From Amoebophrya sp. A120 (Eukaryota; Protista; Dinoflagellata), in contig CAJINV010000016.1 of the NCBI GenBank assembly GCA_905178155.1, positions 1,687,102 to 1,751,101 of the forward strand: a DNA stretch of 64,000 nucleotides, read 5' to 3'. Positions 62,801 to 64,000 of the stretch are shown here, one piece after another (positions within the stretch are counted from its first letter, which is position 1; every line of letters begins with the position of its first letter). A program made the position numbers and the translations under genes. The notes beneath the pieces are model-generated. The model was not told the DNA's origin and did not search any database. It was given only the letters and a program-made list of their open reading frames with translations.

Positions 62801-63868
62801 ATACCCTGGTGCTGATTCCAGAAGGATGACAAACGTCCAGACAGCATTAGAGAATGCTCCTCATGGGGCTCTACATCATCATCATCATGTAGCGGACACC
62901 CGCACCCAGCGCCACAGGTCAAGGATCCCCTCCCCGGGGGGTGGGCGAGGAAGCACTTTCGGCGACCTCATCATACAAAAGCCGAGCGCTACCACGGCAA
63001 GTCGCCCCAACACACATGACAAACATTCGAAGCTTGCGGATTTGCATGACAACAATGAGGTAGGGAGGTACAGGTTTTTCCTCAGCATAATCTGGTAGTG
63101 CGCCTCATCCGACTTCGCTTGGGGCAGGATTTTCAAGCAGCCGGCACTTCGTCTCGAATGAGAAGTGGCTGTGGAGGAGACAGAGGAGGCAGATGTTGTA
63201 GTTGAAGACAGCGAGGACTGTGGCGATGTAGTTGAAGTCATCAAAGCAGGATTTTGATTTGCAATTTCAGCAACAGATTTTTCATCCGCACTGCCATTTT
63301 GTTCACGTTCTTCTTCCCCGTCGGTAGTTACCACGGCTTTTATCTTCGGCGAAGTGTTCGCTCTCTCCACCACGTCGCTTTTGTTCCCCAACATCCCAAG
63401 CTCGCGCGCCAGCTCACACGTTTCCTTGTGCCACCGGTACAGGTTTCCGCGCATCCCACTGCCGCCCGAGTTGGTGCCGTACTGGCAAAAGGCCGTGCCG
63501 ACAAACCCCGCGGAGTGCCACGTGGACCCGGAAAACAGCTCCGCCTTTTCGAACAAAATCGCGGACCGGTTTATTTCATGTTGGTCCGGTTTGATGTTGT
63601 ACTTGTGGTCGTCTCCGAGGTCCTCGCGTTTCATCTTATTTGTGAGCTGGTACAGTAGAGATACGCCGGTGATGCCACCGCCGATGATGACAACCGAAGC
63701 CTCGCGCGGAATCGTCGAGGTGCTTGCAGCAGTCAAGATCTTTGTGCTGTTTGCGGTGGAACTACCCGCGTCTGCCGTCCTGCTTAAAAGTGTAGTTGAC
63801 CACGAGTTCGGACCGGAAGACGAGCCTGTTTGAACGTTGGTCGAAGGCGGAGTAGTATGAGAGTGCAC
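56811..63868 (-). CDS. Dimethylglycine/sarcosine dehydrogenase-like flavoprotein (DAO-type FAD domain plus GcvT domains); 5' end may lie beyond the window
   Basis: VVIIGGGITGVSLLYQL, LFEK.EL.SGSTWHSAG, VVNAAGLNAREVG, MQHQYL, VVNAPI..DALPLVGP, EVDPRRF, LRLE, IGYTTSGAFS..GKSMAMGYV. Confidence 0.85.
57969..58237. mobile_element. Introner, family D
   Basis: Repeat CTGTT; frame restored. Confidence 0.88.
58321..58584. mobile_element. Introner, family D
   Basis: Repeat GAGTT; frame restored. Confidence 0.88.
59667..59889. mobile_element. Introner, degenerate family-A-like
   Basis: Residual TIR GTATCGCAGT / ACTGCGATAC; repeat TCAAC/TCGAC; frame restored. Confidence 0.7.
61151..61302. mobile_element. 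Introner, family A
   Basis: Repeat TGGTG; frame restored. Confidence 0.9.
61941..62089. mobile_element. Introner, family A
   Basis: Repeat TCTAG; removal gives YPFL|DLEN. Confidence 0.92.
62639..63089. mobile_element. Introner, family B (inverted, with a ~140-bp nested insert)
   Basis: Repeat ACCTG/ATCTG; frame restored (HYQ|IGLAK). Confidence 0.8.
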
Positions 63869-64000
63869 AACTCCCCTTCGCCGTCATTTGCCTGGCATGG
63901 AAAGCAATACAAACACCAACACAGGTGTATGCTGTGCATGACAAGTTCTTCATACGCTGAGTGTAGTACCGACTGTTTAAGCTTCGAAACTTTGTAATGC

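Noticed and set aside
62950-62985. Hammerhead-like string on the minus strand (ATGATGA-GGTCGCC-GAAA) in the nested insert
   Set aside because: The first core base is A rather than C and I could not form stem I, so it is not supportable without a covariance search.
181-63089. CRISPR array or prokaryotic REP/IS interpretation of the repeats
   Set aside because: Repeats are dispersed paired inverted ends with no regular spacers, there are no cas or transposase genes, and the host genes are eukaryotic with spliceosomal introns.
32-63833. Many plus-strand ORFs in the track
   Set aside because: They are antisense shadows of minus-strand low-complexity genes or of elements, with no recognisable domains.
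63928-64000. TATGCTGTGC tip and TTTGTAATGC motif at the right edge as another introner
   Set aside because: The partner end would lie outside the window and the inner TIR does not match a family.
1-64000. An autonomous transposase or dedicated splicing enzyme for the elements
   Set aside because: No DDE, tyrosine recombinase, reverse transcriptase or endonuclease motifs were recognised in this window.

Overview
Gene-dense eukaryotic DNA, most consistent with a parasitic syndinian dinoflagellate such as Amoebophrya (inference from gene content and architecture, not a database hit). Every recognisable gene lies on the minus strand: ArfGAP, anamorsin/Dre2, an AIFM2/AMID-like flavoprotein, a LARP4-like La/RRM protein, CDC23/APC8, a ~2,870-aa PP2C, a dimethylglycine-dehydrogenase-like enzyme and several low-complexity hypotheticals. 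The dominant feature is 42 short (145-451 bp) non-coding inserts from 8 sequence families, about 10 kb or 16% of the window. Each has terminal inverted repeats, nearly all ending TAT...ATA, and a 5-bp flanking direct repeat. For 41 of 42, manual removal of the element plus one repeat copy restores the host reading frame. Only one can be read as GT-AG, and four families occur in both orientations. They behave as MITE-like transposons that are removed as non-canonical introns (introners), alongside ordinary GT-AG introns. All coordinates were read by hand and may be off by a few bases; no alignments or searches were run.
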